NCBI GenBank assembly: GCA_951406725.2
Contig: OX597831.1
Location: 67,084,001-67,148,000 of the forward strand
DNA length: 64,000 bases
From: Octopus vulgaris
Taxonomy: Eukaryota
Direction of reading: 5' to 3'
Position 1 is the first letter of the stretch; each line of letters opens with the position of its first letter. A model generated the notes under the pieces. The model had not been told where the DNA came from, made no database searches, and saw only the letters and a list, made by a program, of their open reading frames with translations. Shown here piece after piece: positions 1 to 12,859 of the stretch. A program made the position numbers and the translations under genes.

Positions 1-2
1 AA

Positions 3-1136
3 CAGCAGTCTGAACTGTGGCACTGTTCTTACTGCGCTGAAAGCTTTCCTGATGAACTGACACTTCAGCAGCACATGCATAGTGCGCATAATGCTACAAC
101 CTTGCAACCTCCTGCTGATGAGACCTCTGTGCAACGAAGTTCAACACCATTGAGGTGCAGTGAGTGCGGTAAAGATTTTTCGCAGAGTTCTCAATTAGAA
201 GAACATTTCTCTGCATGTCATCAGCCTGCCAGCAAAAAGATTACTTCATCTCCCAGTAATCCTGTTAACACATTGACCCAAAAGTCACCTTTCACGTGTG
301 TCTATTGCGGGAAGGCGTTCAGTCATCGCACTTCTCTCCAGCGCCACATTCGCATCCACACGGGTGACAACCTGTACAAATGCACTCAGTGCAGCAAATC
401 GTTCTGTCAGAAGTCCTCCTACGAGTATCACATTACCATTCACTCGGGAATCAAACCTTATGTGTGTGTCACGTGTGGTAAAGGATTTGCACATCAGTAC
501 GGGTTGCATCGTCATGTACGTACACATGCTGCAGAGGTCGCGGCTGAGGATGCCTCTAACAACTTGAACGTTTTAGTTAAAAAAGAAGACGAGGATGAGG
601 AGGATGACGACGATGACGACGATGATGATGACGACGATGATGATGACAATGATGATGATGACGATGATGAGGACGATGACGATGATAATGATGATGATGA
701 CGACAAAAATAATGGCAATAATAATGATAGCAATAAAAATAACAATATCCAGATGGATACGTTGCAAATGTCAAAATCTGCTTTAATTTCAAATCCTTCC
801 CAAACTGTGTCTAATGGGTCAAAGATAGGTCCTTTGGCGCATCCACCTCACCCATCACACTCCTCACACAGGCATTTACCTATTCATCTTAATCAGTCAC
901 AACAGCAACAACATTCTCAACAAAAACAGCCCTGTTTAAACTCACAGCAAGCACTCCATCATCAGCAGCAGCATCATCACCATCATCAACAACAATCACA
1001 AATTCAGCATCAACATCAACAACAACAACAACAGCAGCAGCAGCAAGTAACTGGACAACAACAGAATTATGACAATGTTGATTTTAACCTTTGTTTGGCT
1101 ACAAATATTTCTATCAACTCCACTTCTACAAGCTGA
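3..1136 (+). CDS. C2H2 zinc-finger protein, 3' part (frame open from the window edge). Five fingers followed by poly-D, N-rich and Q/H-rich low-complexity regions.
   Basis: The frame upstream of the ATG at 75 reads QQSELWHCSYCAESFPDELTLQQHMHSAH (finger 1). Then CSECGKDF..L..H...H and three tandem fingers with HTGDNLY/HSGIKPY linkers. Stop TGA at 1134-1136. Confidence 0.93.
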   Translation, partial: QQSELWHCSYCAESFPDELTLQQHMHSAHNATTLQPPADETSVQRSSTPLRCSECGKDFSQSSQLEEHFSACHQPASKKITSSPSNPVNTLTQKSPFTCVYCGKAFSHRTSLQRHIRIHTGDNLYKCTQCSKSFCQKSSYEYHITIHSGIKPYVCVTCGKGFAHQYGLHRHVRTHAAEVAAEDASNNLNVLVKKEDEDEEDDDDDDDDDDDDDDDNDDDDDDEDDDDDNDDDDDKNNGNNNDSNKNNNIQMDTLQMSKSALISNPSQTVSNGSKIGPLAHPPHPSHSSHRHLPIHLNQSQQQQHSQQKQPCLNSQQALHHQQQHHHHHQQQSQIQHQHQQQQQQQQQQVTGQQQNYDNVDFNLCLATNISINSTSTS

Positions 1137-3194
1137 CTGGGTGCTGACACGGTGGGCTAGGGAACTGAACTTCTGAGCATAAGCTATTCACCATCCTCAC
1201 CCGGAAGAGAGAGAGGTGTAGATATATATCTGCTTATCTATCAATTCATTATTTCTTAAACCATCTAACTCTATGTCTAAACCACATTTAACTGTTTTAT
1301 CCTGTCTACCTGTCCGTCTATTTTTTAATGTCTATTTATTTGCCTATTTCTGGCTATTACCTATCAACCTATCTAGCTATTTATGTGTATGTATGCCTAA
1401 ACATTAGTGCGGTTCTATCTCCAACTATATTTCCTCTCACCTATTACTATTATCAGATTTTAAACCAAGGTTTTCATTACATTTTCTTGGTTAAATATAC
1501 CAAATTAGAATTGGTTTTTTTTTTCCTTGTTTTGATTTTTTTTCTCTACTCTTAGTTTATTCCCCACCATCTTTTTTTTTCCTATGGGTCGTTTGGTTCT
1601 GCGAAGTCAGACCTTTTCAATTACTACACATGACATGTATAGTTGGGTGCTAATATTTGTTTGACACTTTACTTTGAAGTAGAAACCGAATGAATAAAGC
1701 AAGCAACCAGGGCGAGAAGAATGTGTTACTTGAGATTGAACTTGTGATTATGATCATCATACAATCATTAGGCCAGTTTATCATGTATGTGGGCATCTAA
1801 AAGCTCATTTAAGATTAAAAAAAGTAAAGTGGAGTAAGATAAGATAATAACCTTGTCTTCACTCCTCATGTTTTAAGGAGAGCTGTTGGGTCAAGAGTGA
1901 GCTGGAAAATTGTCCAGTTGAGTTGAGTTTTCGTTGCCACTACCACACTACTTTCAACTGCTTTTGCCTTTTTCTGTTGCATCCAAAGATCATCACCATG
2001 CATCTAAATAGAATAGCTATGCGTGTCTTTATTGTACTAAGTAAAATGATTAAAACCTTGTGTCATATTTTGCAGTGAAATACTACCATGGAAAACTGGG
2101 ATAGTTTGACCTTATGACCTTTTAGGTTAGTGATAGTAATCCATCTTTCTCCCAAGCAAAACCTAATCTATTGATGTAAATGACTTTTCCCTAAGGACAC
2201 AATGAAATGCCAGCAGCTGAAATCGAACCTATTATATTTAGATTAGTATACCAGCAAGCTTAAATTCCCTCAGACAAAATGTTCTTGGTGTTGTTGATTG
2301 GTAGAGATTGGTAGAGATAGCCTGAGTAGTTAGCCAATCACATCTTATCCTAGGTTCTATACACTCCACTTTTATGTTGTTCCACCTTTTACTTTTGACC
2401 AGTTTGTGAATTTTAGAATGAAGAATGCTTAGGATGTTCTGTCAACAGTTGCTAATCATAAATGTGAGACTAGGAAACGAGTAATTCTTTTTTAGACTTT
2501 CCATTATTTCATTTCTAAAGAATCTTTGTGTAGATAGTTGCTTACATGTTGAAGAGTGCCACAGTCATTTGTCACTTCCCGTTCATATGGATCTCTATAG
2601 GATGTGCTATGCTAAGTCTGTTGAGCATTTATATGTCAAGCAGCTACCACTGTTTACAATATCTAAAGCCATTTGTGTCAATTTTAGAATACTGCAATGA
2701 CCACTGGGCAGGACTTATCCATCTGATGCAACTTTAAACTAATTCTTTCTCTCTGTTTCTGACCAGTTGCTTTTTGTTTTGATCTCTAACTAATGATCTT
2801 TTCTCCAGAATTATCATCCTGAAGGGACCACACTGCTAGACTGTCCCTTTTATTTGTTCAAAATTGCATCAGTGTCATTTTTTGAGTCATTCCTCCCCCT
2901 TTCCTTTTGCTCCCTATGCACACAAAATATCCCACTGCATGGCTGTGGATCTTTCGTTGGTCTAATGATAAAAACGAGCTGGAAATAAAAGATCCATAAT
3001 GAACGACGTAGTGGATGAGATCTAGCAATTTGAGTGACACAGTATTTAATGTCACGTAACCTAATTTCACACACACATCCATCAGTGCATGAGGATCATC
3101 AGAACAGAGCTTAAGACAGAAACTCGATGGAATTAAAACCATACTATTTTAGAAATTGTATTGTCTAAATAAGGAAATGCTCCTTCAGTTACTA

Positions 3195-3437
3195 TATGTG
3201 GTGGATGCAGATGTCTTTAAAATAAAACTGGATCTCTTCCTGTCAGGTGTCCCAGATGAACCAACTTCATGGCAGGAGGTGCAGATGAGGGCAGCTGCAT
3301 CGAACTCTCTTATGCACCAAATGGCAATTGCTAAAAAGCATTCGTGAAGTAAAATCATGTAGCAACACCAAATGGCGGTGCCCCAGCATGGCCACAGCTC
3401 GTGAGCTAAAACTAGATAACATAAAATAAAATAAAAT
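3195..3437 (+). mobile_element. 3' end of a CR1/L2-group LINE (ORF2 C-terminus, 3' UTR and (taaaa)n tail)
   Basis: Translation VDADVFKIKLDLFLSGVPDEPT..RAAASNSLMHQ. The UTR ggcggtgccccagcatggccacagctcgtgagctaaaac is followed by ataaaataaaataaaat. Confidence 0.7.
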
Positions 3438-4485
3438 GAATTTCACATTGTTTATCACAAATAGTTGTGCAACAGTGTCACACCAGCAGGGTTTTTGATT
3501 GGCTTATATTAAGCGTTTGGTTGTGTTAATAATATGGAACAAGTATAGTGAGTTACCGATAAACGTTTGATTGCTGGATAGAGTGAATGGTTTTATTTCT
3601 ATGTTCTAATGCAGTTGCTGAAATTACGTGAACCACTTTTTAAATTTCTTTTTTGCCTTAAAGCTAGCTTTAAGTTTTTATGTTTAAATAACAAACACTA
3701 ATAATTATTATGATTATGATAGTATATATGTGAAAATATATCTGTGTGTGTGTGTGTGTGTGTATATAAAAGTATTTATGCATGTGTATATATTTATATA
3801 TGTGTGTGTGTGTTGTACATGTTTATGTGTATACATATATGTTTCATTGTATTTGCAATAATTGAAGTAGAGATTGGTTTGCGTATATGAAATGCATTCT
3901 TTTAAGCTGAGGTTGAATTACCTCGGCTCCACATGTTGTACTGCTTGTGATAATGACAGTTTAAGAGAGGACAAGATATCCTCTCTTAGATTGTTTTCCA
4001 ACCAAGTCAACTCTTCTCATCTGACAGTAAATGAGCTGCTCTGTTTAAGATCATTGCACTTTTTGCTAAGATTTTCTCTTAAATACACTTAAAAACTTGG
4101 AGGGAAAAAAAAAAATTTAAGAATGGTGCATTTAGTCTCAAGAAACTGTATAAGGTATGTCACTTTCTGCAAACAGGACATTTGCCTTTTGTCTGTCTGT
4201 CTCTCAAATACCTGGCATCAGTGTATCATATCCAAGTCTACGACATTGTTGTGCACCTCAATATGCTTAAATCCTTAAAAATGTTTCAGCCCGAAGGCTG
4301 CGGCCATGCTGGGGCTTCTTGAATAGTTTTTAGTTAAGTGGTATTTATAAACTACTTGTGATTTTCTTGAACATTCATTGATAAGTCCTTTAATAATCTA
4401 AGTTATACTATGCATAAAACTGATGATAAATAACTTACAATATCTATTATATGTTATTCTGTTGGAAAGAGGCTAAATATTTGCT

Positions 4486-4695
4486 TTAACCCTTTAGTGT
4501 TCAGATTATTCTGTCAAATGTGATGTTTGTTTATTTAAAATGGTTTGAATTAATCATGCATTATCTTGTAGTTTAGATATTTCAGTGATGTGATTTTTTA
4601 GTTTTAGAATGACATGGTAGGGCTGAGGTTAGAGGCCAGATCTGGTCAGTTTCAATATAAAACAGGTTAAAATATTTTGGCCAGATATATGGTTC
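4486..4695. mobile_element. Partial piggyBac-like MITE
   Basis: Starts TTAA-CCCTTT, like the complete element at 38620-38848. The other end is not recognisable. Confidence 0.35.
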
Positions 4696-5197
4696 CAAAA
4701 TTGTGACATGGCGACTCTCGATAGCTTTATATGCATTTCATAAATCCAACATTTAGTTTTTATTAATTGCTCCCTCTTAATATACTAAATGTATTCCCTA
4801 TTAGACATTTTTTAGAAGACTTTTTTATATTTTGCTTCAGTAGTTCACTAATACATATGAATGATATACAGCATTATCAGATTGTCATTTCAATGACAAA
4901 CATTAAATTTCTTTTGTATTTGTTATTTATTGATTTCCTAGTCTCACATGTGACTATGAAGTCAACAAATAGTCTGTGTTTAATTAACGACTTTGTTTCT
5001 CAAAGTTTTCTCATAATGTATTTGATTAATTAATTAAGAGCTATTATAATCATGTGGAAGAAAAATAATCGTTAGCATACCTGCTGTATTCATATATCAC
5101 ATCTATCCAGGCTGACATACCTGCTGTTTCTTTAATTTGTTTTACTAATTAGTGTATCTAATTAGTGTTACTAATTAGTGTATCTCTGGTTACTTCT

Positions 5198-5508
5198 TGG
5201 TTTGTTGTTCGTTCCTTCTCGAGCCATGCCTGGCTCATAAGGGCCGGTTTCTCGGTTTCTTGGCACATATGTTCCCCACCTGGACGGAACGCCGGTCCGT
5301 CGCAGGTGAGCTGCAAGATGCAGGAGGAAAGAGTGAGAGAAAGTTGTGGCAAAAGAGTCAGCAGAAGTTTCACCGTTACCTTCTGCCGGAGCCGCGTGGA
5401 GCTTAGGTGTTTCGCTCATAAACACACACATCGCCTGGTCTGAGATTCGAACCTGCAATCCCTCGACTACGAGTCCGCTGCTCTAACCACTAGGCCATGG
5501 GCCTCCAC
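5198..5508 (-). mobile_element. tRNA-derived SINE family 3, full length with 12-bp TSD
   Basis: Head gtggaggcccatggcctagtggttagagc...ggttcgaatctc (A/B boxes). TSD ctggttacttct at 5186-5197 and 5509-5520. Homologous to 40927-41234. Confidence 0.9.
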
Positions 5509-5791
5509 CTGGTTACTTCTAACCTCATATATTTCTTCACACGATAACTCAATAGAACATCTCATTCTATATCAAGCTATTTCACATGTATAGCACCAGT
5601 GCAACCAGCTTTTATGATATAGTACCACATTGAGTTGCAGTATTTGACTTTCAGATATTGTTACATGGTCATTCAGCTGTGTGTGTTCTTGTCATCAAAT
5701 GAAAGCTTTCTGATTCTTGGTTTATACTGTTGTACTTACATCAGCCTTTTTCATTAACATCATCATTGTTTTATGTCTATTCTGGCATAGT

Positions 5792-6011
5792 TTACTCTCT
5801 TTTACTCTTTTACTTGTTTCAGTCATTTGACTGCGGCCATGCTGGAGCACCGCCTTTAGTCGAGCAAATCGACCCCGGGACTTATTCTTTGTAAGCCCAG
5901 TACTTATTCTATCGGTCTCTTTTGCCGAACCGCTAAGTGACAGGGATGTAAACACACCAGCATCGGTTGTCAAGCAATGCTAGGGGGACAAACACAGACA
6001 CACAAACATAT

Positions 6012-6061
<50 letters not shown>

Positions 6062-6157
6062 CAGAAGACACTTACCCAAGATGCCCCGCAGTGGGACTGA
6101 ACCCGGAACCATGTGGTTGGTAAGCAAGCTACTTACCACACAGCCACTCCTGTGCCT
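5792..6157 (-). mobile_element. tRNA-derived SINE family 1 (CORE-like domain, internal microsatellite, CR1/L2-type tail), internally deleted
   Basis: Head ggagtggctgtgtggtaag...ggttcagtccc and tail ggcggtgctccagcatggccgcagtcaaatgactgaaacaagtaaaagag. More than 15 copies or fragments in the window. Confidence 0.88.
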
Positions 6158-6706
6158 AGTTTGCATAGGTTTTTTGTTTTTTTTGAGACAGTGTTTTACA
6201 GCTGGATGCCCTTTTTTGTTACCAACCCTTTTGGTTACTTCTTACATCATGATGCTGTACACCTTTTCCTAAAACTGGTGTATTCATGGTAATTCATTAT
6301 TAGTTCCTTTGTAAAAGCTAAACTGTTGGTGTCTTACTCATTTGAACTATGAGATAAGATGAGCCATTTAATTCCTCGGTGGTTCCAGTACCTACGGAAT
6401 TTACTTATAATCTAGATTTAATCAATATTATGACTGCTGAAAATTGTAGAGGTAAGTTACTCGTAAACCATGTCTACAACTTGGTTTTGATCTCTTGTTG
6501 GGAGTGTTTTTTCACTTTATATCACTATTAACAATTCGACCATCAGTGACCGTTTCATATTTATTTACAATATTTATATGATCAAAGGATGCAAGGAATT
6601 GCACCTTGATATAGAGCACTTTTTGCCTTTTGTAGTCGAAGCATGTTGTACATAGATATCCTGCACATTTTGTAAAGTGTCTTATGATTTTTCTACTCTA
6701 GGAAGT

Positions 6707-7118
6707 TTACTCTTTTACTTGTTTCAGTCATTTGACTGCAGCCATGCTGGAGCACCACCTTTAGTCGAGCAAATCGACCTCAGGACTTATTCTTTGTAAG
6801 CCTAGTACTTATTCTATTGGCCTCTTTTTCTGAACCGCTAAGTTACGGGGACATAAACACACCACCATCGGTTGTCAAGCGATGTTGGGCGGGGAACAAA
6901 CACAGACACACAAACATATACACACATATATATATATATATATATACATATATACGACGGGCTTCTTTCAGTTTCCGTCTACCAAATCCACTCACGAGGC
7001 TTTGGTCGGCCCGAGGGTATAGTAGAAGACACTTGCCCAAAGTGCTACGCAGTGGGACTGAACCTGAACCATGTGGTTGAAAAGTAAGCTACTTAACATA
7101 CAGCCACTCCTGCGCCTA
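6707..7118 (-). mobile_element. SINE family 1, full length
   Basis: Same head, internal (TA)n/(CA)n and tail as the other copies. Confidence 0.9.
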
Positions 7119-7791
7119 TGTTCTGTATTATTTTCTGATTATGTTCTAATCTTAGAATTTCTTTATTCTATCCCTGGATGCTCACATACAAAATTTCAAG
7201 TAATAATACTTAAGTCATTCTAGGTGTACCATTCTTTCAATTTTTTTTTTTTTTAATATTTTCTCTAAGTTGTTTAATTGATTTATGTGACAACATTGAT
7301 AATTGTGATGGCAATATTTGGCTGCCTACCCAACTCTATGAGTCCTGATGTCTTAATAATCCTCTTTGGGGAGTTGCTTAAAAAGATGATGTCAGATACA
7401 AATGCCTGTAGCTATATTGTGCTTTCAAAGTTTATTTTTGATCTTGATTCTCAAGAAGTTAAGTCTATCTACAATCAGAAGAATTCAGTTTCTCCATTTC
7501 TCTCCTTACTGTGTTCCACAATTCTGCAACATAGATCGTTTTAGAGTCAAAGAAAAAGAATTTACTTTTGACATCTTTGATGTCAGAACTTTAAAGTCTA
7601 GATCAGTTTCATTGTGCTGTTACTGCTGAGAAGAAATCCAAAGTGTTGGGAATGTTTCTTTTATTCACTGATATTCATGTATGGTAGACTAAGTCAATTA
7701 CTGCAAAATTTGTGTGTGGTAAATTTTGATGCAAAGCTCAGACACCCTTATTTATATATATATATATAAATATAATTATTTAATAACAAAT

Positions 7792-7823
<32 letters not shown>

Positions 7824-7949
7824 TATAAATATAATTATTTAATAACAAATTAGAAATCTCCAAATGCTCAGGGCTGACTGAAACTGTTATTAAATAACAT
7901 ATCTAACTCCTGCCAGATGTGTTGAGTGCCACTTTCTTCCATTTGTCCA

Positions 7950-8180
7950 TTCACTTGTATATGTGTGTGTGTCTTTATGTTTGTCTCCCACCATTGTTTG
8001 ACAATCGGTGTTGGAGTTTTTATGTTCCCATAACTTGGTTCATTGGCAAAAGACCAATATCTGAAATACCAAGCTTAAAAAAAAAAGTCCTGGGGTTGAT
8101 TCATTTGACTCAAAATTCTTCAGGGTAGTTCCCCAGTATGGTCACAGTCTAATGACTGAAACAAGTAAAAGATAAAAGAT
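7950..8180 (+). mobile_element. SINE family 1, diverged 3' half
   Basis: ttgacaatcggtg...cagtctaatgactgaaacaagtaaaaga. Confidence 0.7.
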
Positions 8181-8453
8181 ATATGGATGGATAGATATGT
8201 ATATCAAGCTTTGTAGGGGGGATTTGGCTGACAAAATATGACTGTGCATGTGTGTTTGAACTTTAACATCCCAAAATAGCTGTAAATGAGTGTCACCGTA
8301 ATACAAGTAACATGTATCGCCAATCCTGTGGTCAAACATGTTTTTCAGAAAACTGGAGATCAATGATACTACTTGTATGACTGATACTCCTTTGCAACTA
8401 TCATGAGATGTCAAGACAAGGAGACACAAGCAGACACACTCTAGTCACTTGTA

Positions 8454-8483
<30 letters not shown>

Positions 8484-8484
<1 letters not shown>

Positions 8485-8690
8485 GTCCGAAGTCAGGACG
8501 CCATGATAGATCGTTAGCTCCTACATGCATTTTTTTCTCTCCTTGTTTTTTTCTGTGTATCTTTCTGTCGAAGAGCGTAGGCTCGAAACGTAAAAGACTT
8601 TTTCTATTCCTGAGCGCTATACTAATACATTTGTTTGTTTGTACTCCACCTGCCTTCGTCTTTTGTTTATTTTTGTAAACTTTCCCTACA
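8484..8690 (+). mobile_element. Short PLE pseudo-LTR (pLTR)-type element inserted in (TA)n
   Basis: Homologous to 30804-31130 (-) and 45404-45590 (+). Contains an HHR-like motif and is flanked by TA repeats. Confidence 0.7.
8560..8597 (+). ncRNA. Minimal type I hammerhead-like motif, A6U core variant
   Basis: tcttt CTGTCGA a gagc gtag gctc GAAA cg TA aaaga: stem I tcttt/aaaga, stem II gagc/gctc, palindromic mini-stem III. Confidence 0.65.
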
Positions 8691-10810
8691 TATATATATA
8701 CATATAAATAACTTAAATTCTTGTAATACTTTCTCTGTATAAATCTTTCATCTCTGTTAGATACATGAGGTTTTGATGAAATCCAATTAGTATAAAAATC
8801 AGAAAACTATGTATTAATTTCATGGGTAATAGTTTACATAAGTAAATTTCTTATACAATAGACATTGGTTTTGTTGAGAGTTTTCTGCAGCTCCATCAGA
8901 GCATGCAAAAGTATTAAATGAAATCTGGGATTGTGACCCTCGTATTCTGTACACCCACTATCACATGCTTCGATCTGAGCCACAACCATGTTCGATGTTT
9001 GATCATGCAATCTTTTTTCAGGAATATACATGCAGTATTATAGCAGTGTTATGTTATGGTAGTTTAAATATTTTCCTATCTGGATAGCTTTTGTATGTTT
9101 GGGTAGTGATAGCAGCGAAATCAGGAAAGATGCACTAAATTTGTGTGTGGTAAATTTTGATGCAAAGCTCATCCACATTCAACGTTTATGTGGTTTATAT
9201 GGAAGCTTTTCATCTTTTTTTCTTTTTTCCATAGACTTTTTTTTTCATTTTGTGTTTAAATTTCAGTAATATTTGGTTTTTATATCTACTTTGTAATGCA
9301 TTAAAGCCACAAATATATATGTGATAGATTTAGCTGAGTTAGAACTAGATTTCTGTACTCACATTCATGACCCCTTTGTAAGATCCTTGTATTAGACAAT
9401 AGTATGCCTTCACTCAGTGAAATTTCTACCTTAACAATAACCTTTAAGTGTTTATGCTTGTTTAATTTTTATGGTTAAAGCAATGTTGTTAATCTGGAAT
9501 GAAAATTCTTAGTGCATGTGTGTATGTGTGTGTTGAGGAATGTTTCTAAAACTTGCAACTTACTTTACCAGTACCATAATTTCGTATTTCTTCTAAACGA
9601 TTGAGGTTTGCTAATGAAATGTTATTTTATAAAATCACAGCCCATAGCTGCTGGCAGCACAGTGTAATGGCTACTACATTGAACTTCTAAATATAAATCT
9701 TGCTCATACCGATTTAACCCTTTCTCTGACTATTACACAGTTAACCCCTTCGAAGTCCACAACTGCTGGCAGCGTACTCATTGAACAGATATATATTATT
9801 TCAATGTGTCATCACCCTTATTCATTTTATCATGGCTTTCTTTTCATAAAATTTCTCAGTCTTTTTCTCTACTAAGCAGATGAGGAAGGTCACTGGTCTG
9901 ATTTTTAATTCAAACAAACTGTTTTAATGGAGGGGGAAGGGTGTTTATAAAACAATTTAGCCATGTGGATTTGTGTTAATGTACATGTTTTCACATTATA
10001 ACTAATAAATAATAAAAAAAAAAGAAAAATATCTTGTGTACCTAGAACTAGAAGTTTATTCTTTCATTTACTTTTTGTATTTTCTTTTCCATATTACATT
10101 AATTGTAACTTTAGTTGATATACCTGGAAGTGTGTGTATTTGTGTATCAGTTTCTTTTAACTAAACTGAAAGGTATGTTTTGTGTCGGTTGAATCTGCTG
10201 ATATATTACTACTACTGTATCAGCTCTGAAAAAATGAAAGACAAAATTGCCTAAGTGTTCACTGTGTTGCTGTGTGTGTGTGCATGTATGGTCTTTGCAC
10301 ACAGTAATCCAGAAACAAAATGTTCAAATGCTACCTGTGTCCTTTATGCTCACATTTTCCATCAAAATATAGAAACCTCTCTCTCTTTCGGAGAGGCACA
10401 AGCACCTACACGCACATATACATACACGGCAGTAACTTCCTCCTACTGAATTCAATCACAAAGCTTCGGTCGGCTCGGGGCTATAGTAGAAGACACCTGT
10501 CCACGTGTATACAAACAGGACAGCAAGGTCCTTATAGATAGCAATGTCAGTGGTTGTGTTTTGTAAAGTGAGAATGCCGTATGCATGGAAGCTATGGATA
10601 TATATATATATATATAAGCAGAGAAGAGGGATCAAGCTTTCTTGGATTTGTACCACTTGCAAGATGCTTCAGAAAGCCAGTCAACCACCTGACCATCTTC
10701 CACTCAGGTACAAGATGATTTTGTAAAGAGACCAGAAATCAAGACATGCACAGTTATTGAGATCAGCTTAGATGAATAGTTCTCAACTTTAGACGGAAGA
10801 TGAGAAAGAC

Positions 10811-11220
10811 GGATCTTTTCGGTTTGAACGGCAGTTTTTAACATAATTTCTAGCTAACTAAAAAAATTTTAAACTTCGTATACTAGTAGAATGTGTTTAT
10901 AAAAACATCTTTTTCTCTTGGCTTTATTGAGAAAATTCTATAGTTTGTAAGATATTTGTTGTTTTTTTTCTTCAATTTCTGCAATTTCAACCAATCAACA
11001 AATTGAGGTAAAAAACATTCTGTGCCGTATGAATATGTCCCTTGTTTAAGAAACAGATTGGGTTTATTTACATTTGTGAAGAAAAAAAAGATACCCTTCC
11101 CCCCACCCCTAACCCTAAAACAGATTGAAATGCAATAGATCGATACTAGGGTCATAATTATGGGTGACAATTTCATATGACACCACTAGAAAAAAACTAC
11201 CGTTCAAACCGAAAAGATCC
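10811..11220 (-). mobile_element. ~410-bp MITE (Merlin-like) with internal TTAGGG repeats
   Basis: TIR ggatcttttcggtttgaacggcagttttt / aaaaactaccgttcaaaccgaaaagatcc. Contains ccctaaccctaa. Confidence 0.88.
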
Positions 11221-11599
11221 CAGATACTTATATGAATACACCACAAAAATATGTAATTGTGGAGGAAATAATCATATTACAACATAAAGTTAAAATTAAT
11301 GCACAAAACATACTCGCGTCACAAACAGGATAGGCATTCTGCTGAGGACTTGTAACTCTACCAGCCAAAATATGTGCCTTACATAGAAGAGTCATGATCA
11401 AATTTTGGTTATAATGTTTGCATAGACAAAAGTCTCTCTCACAATGAAAGAAGTAATACAGAAATCAGTATCCTTCCATGTCCCAAAGTTGGACACTCGG
11501 CTGGAATTGCTGATAAAAATGAATTTGTGAATTTTATTGTTTTGGATATAACAAAGATTTAAACATAATAGGAGTGAGGTGTAAGTACATTTTCTTTTT

Positions 11600-11972
11600 T
11601 TTTCTCTTTTACTTGTTTCAGTCATTTTGACTGCGGCCATGCTGGAGCACTGCCTTTAGTCGAGCAAATTGACCCCGGGACTTATTCTTTGTAAGCCCAG
11701 TACTTATTCTATCGGTCTCTTTTGCCGAACCGCTAAGTGACGGGGACGTAAATACACCAGCATCGGTTGTCAGGCAATGCTAGGGGGACAAACACAGACA
11801 CACAAACACACACACGCATACATACATATATATATCTACATTTATACGACGGGCTTCTTTCAGTTTCCGTCTACCAAATCCACTCACTCGCCCAAGATGT
11901 CACGCAGTGGAACTAAACCCGGAACCATGTGGTTGGTTAGCAAGCTACTTACCACACAGCCACTCCTGTGCC
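11600..11972 (-). mobile_element. SINE family 1
   Basis: Same head and tail motifs as the other copies. Confidence 0.88.
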
Positions 11973-12069
11973 ATGAGAATTAAAGCTAGGAAAGAAAACA
12001 AAATTGCTTATCGGAACATTTCTTTGTTCACATCTGATTGGTATGGCTAGAAGCATTACGTTAAGTAAT

Positions 12070-12332
12070 CGCCGTTGGCGTGTGGAAAAAAATTTGAGCG
12101 AGGTCGTTGCCAGTACCGCCTGACTGCCCCCCCCCCCTCCACGTGCCGGTGGCACATAAAAGCACCCACTACACTCTGTGGTTGGCGTTAGGAAGGGCAT
12201 CCAGCTGTAGACACTCTGCCAGATCAAGACTGGAGCCTGGTGCAGCCATCTGGTTCGCCAGCCCACAGTCGAACCGTCCAACCCAAGCTAGCATGGAAAG
12301 TGGACGTTAAACGACAAAGTTGATGATGATGA
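12070..12332 (+). mobile_element. RTE-tailed SINE-like repeat
   Basis: gtggttggcgttaggaagggcatccagctgtag ... agcatggaaagtggacgttaaac (gat)n. Related copies at 13756-14025 and 14130-14312. Confidence 0.75.
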
Positions 12333-12859
12333 ATCCTAGTGAAACTGTGCTGTTTTTTTGCCTTTAATTCTCACACCATTTCATCTCACCCTATTAGGTC
12401 TAAAGCCTTGTTTTTTTCCATGCTATGTGTTAAACAGCTAAGTTTAGCAATCCTAATGATCAACTAAGTAATTTCATTTTTCTTTTCTTGCTTTAATTCT
12501 CATGTCATTTCATCTTGCTCCTATTGTGTCAAAAGCCTTGTTATTTCTTTGCTGTGTTAAATAACAGTTAAGCAATCCTAGTGAAAATCTGCTGTCTTTT
12601 TCACCTTTTCATTTTATTTGAATATTTTCTAGAACCTCTGTACTGGAAACCTGTTCGGAATACTCTCTTTTACCCCCTACTTCTATTCAGTGGTCAATAC
12701 CACTGCCTTGTCTCCTAGTAAATGTAGCAAATGTGAAACGAATAAATGATGATGAATTAAATGCAGGTTGAGACCTATTCGAACTTTTATATGTTTGGGA
12801 AACTTCCTTTTCAGATGCAGAATGCTGTCCCCCATTACTGTATTCCCTCTAGCCACTCC

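Noticed and set aside
3050-3110. Minus-strand CUGAUGA...GAAA
   Set aside because: No stem I or stem III complement and no UH site can be formed.
5440-5508. tRNA gene candidates at SINE heads
   Set aside because: A/B boxes are present, but they continue into SINE bodies with TSDs and lack a full cloverleaf.
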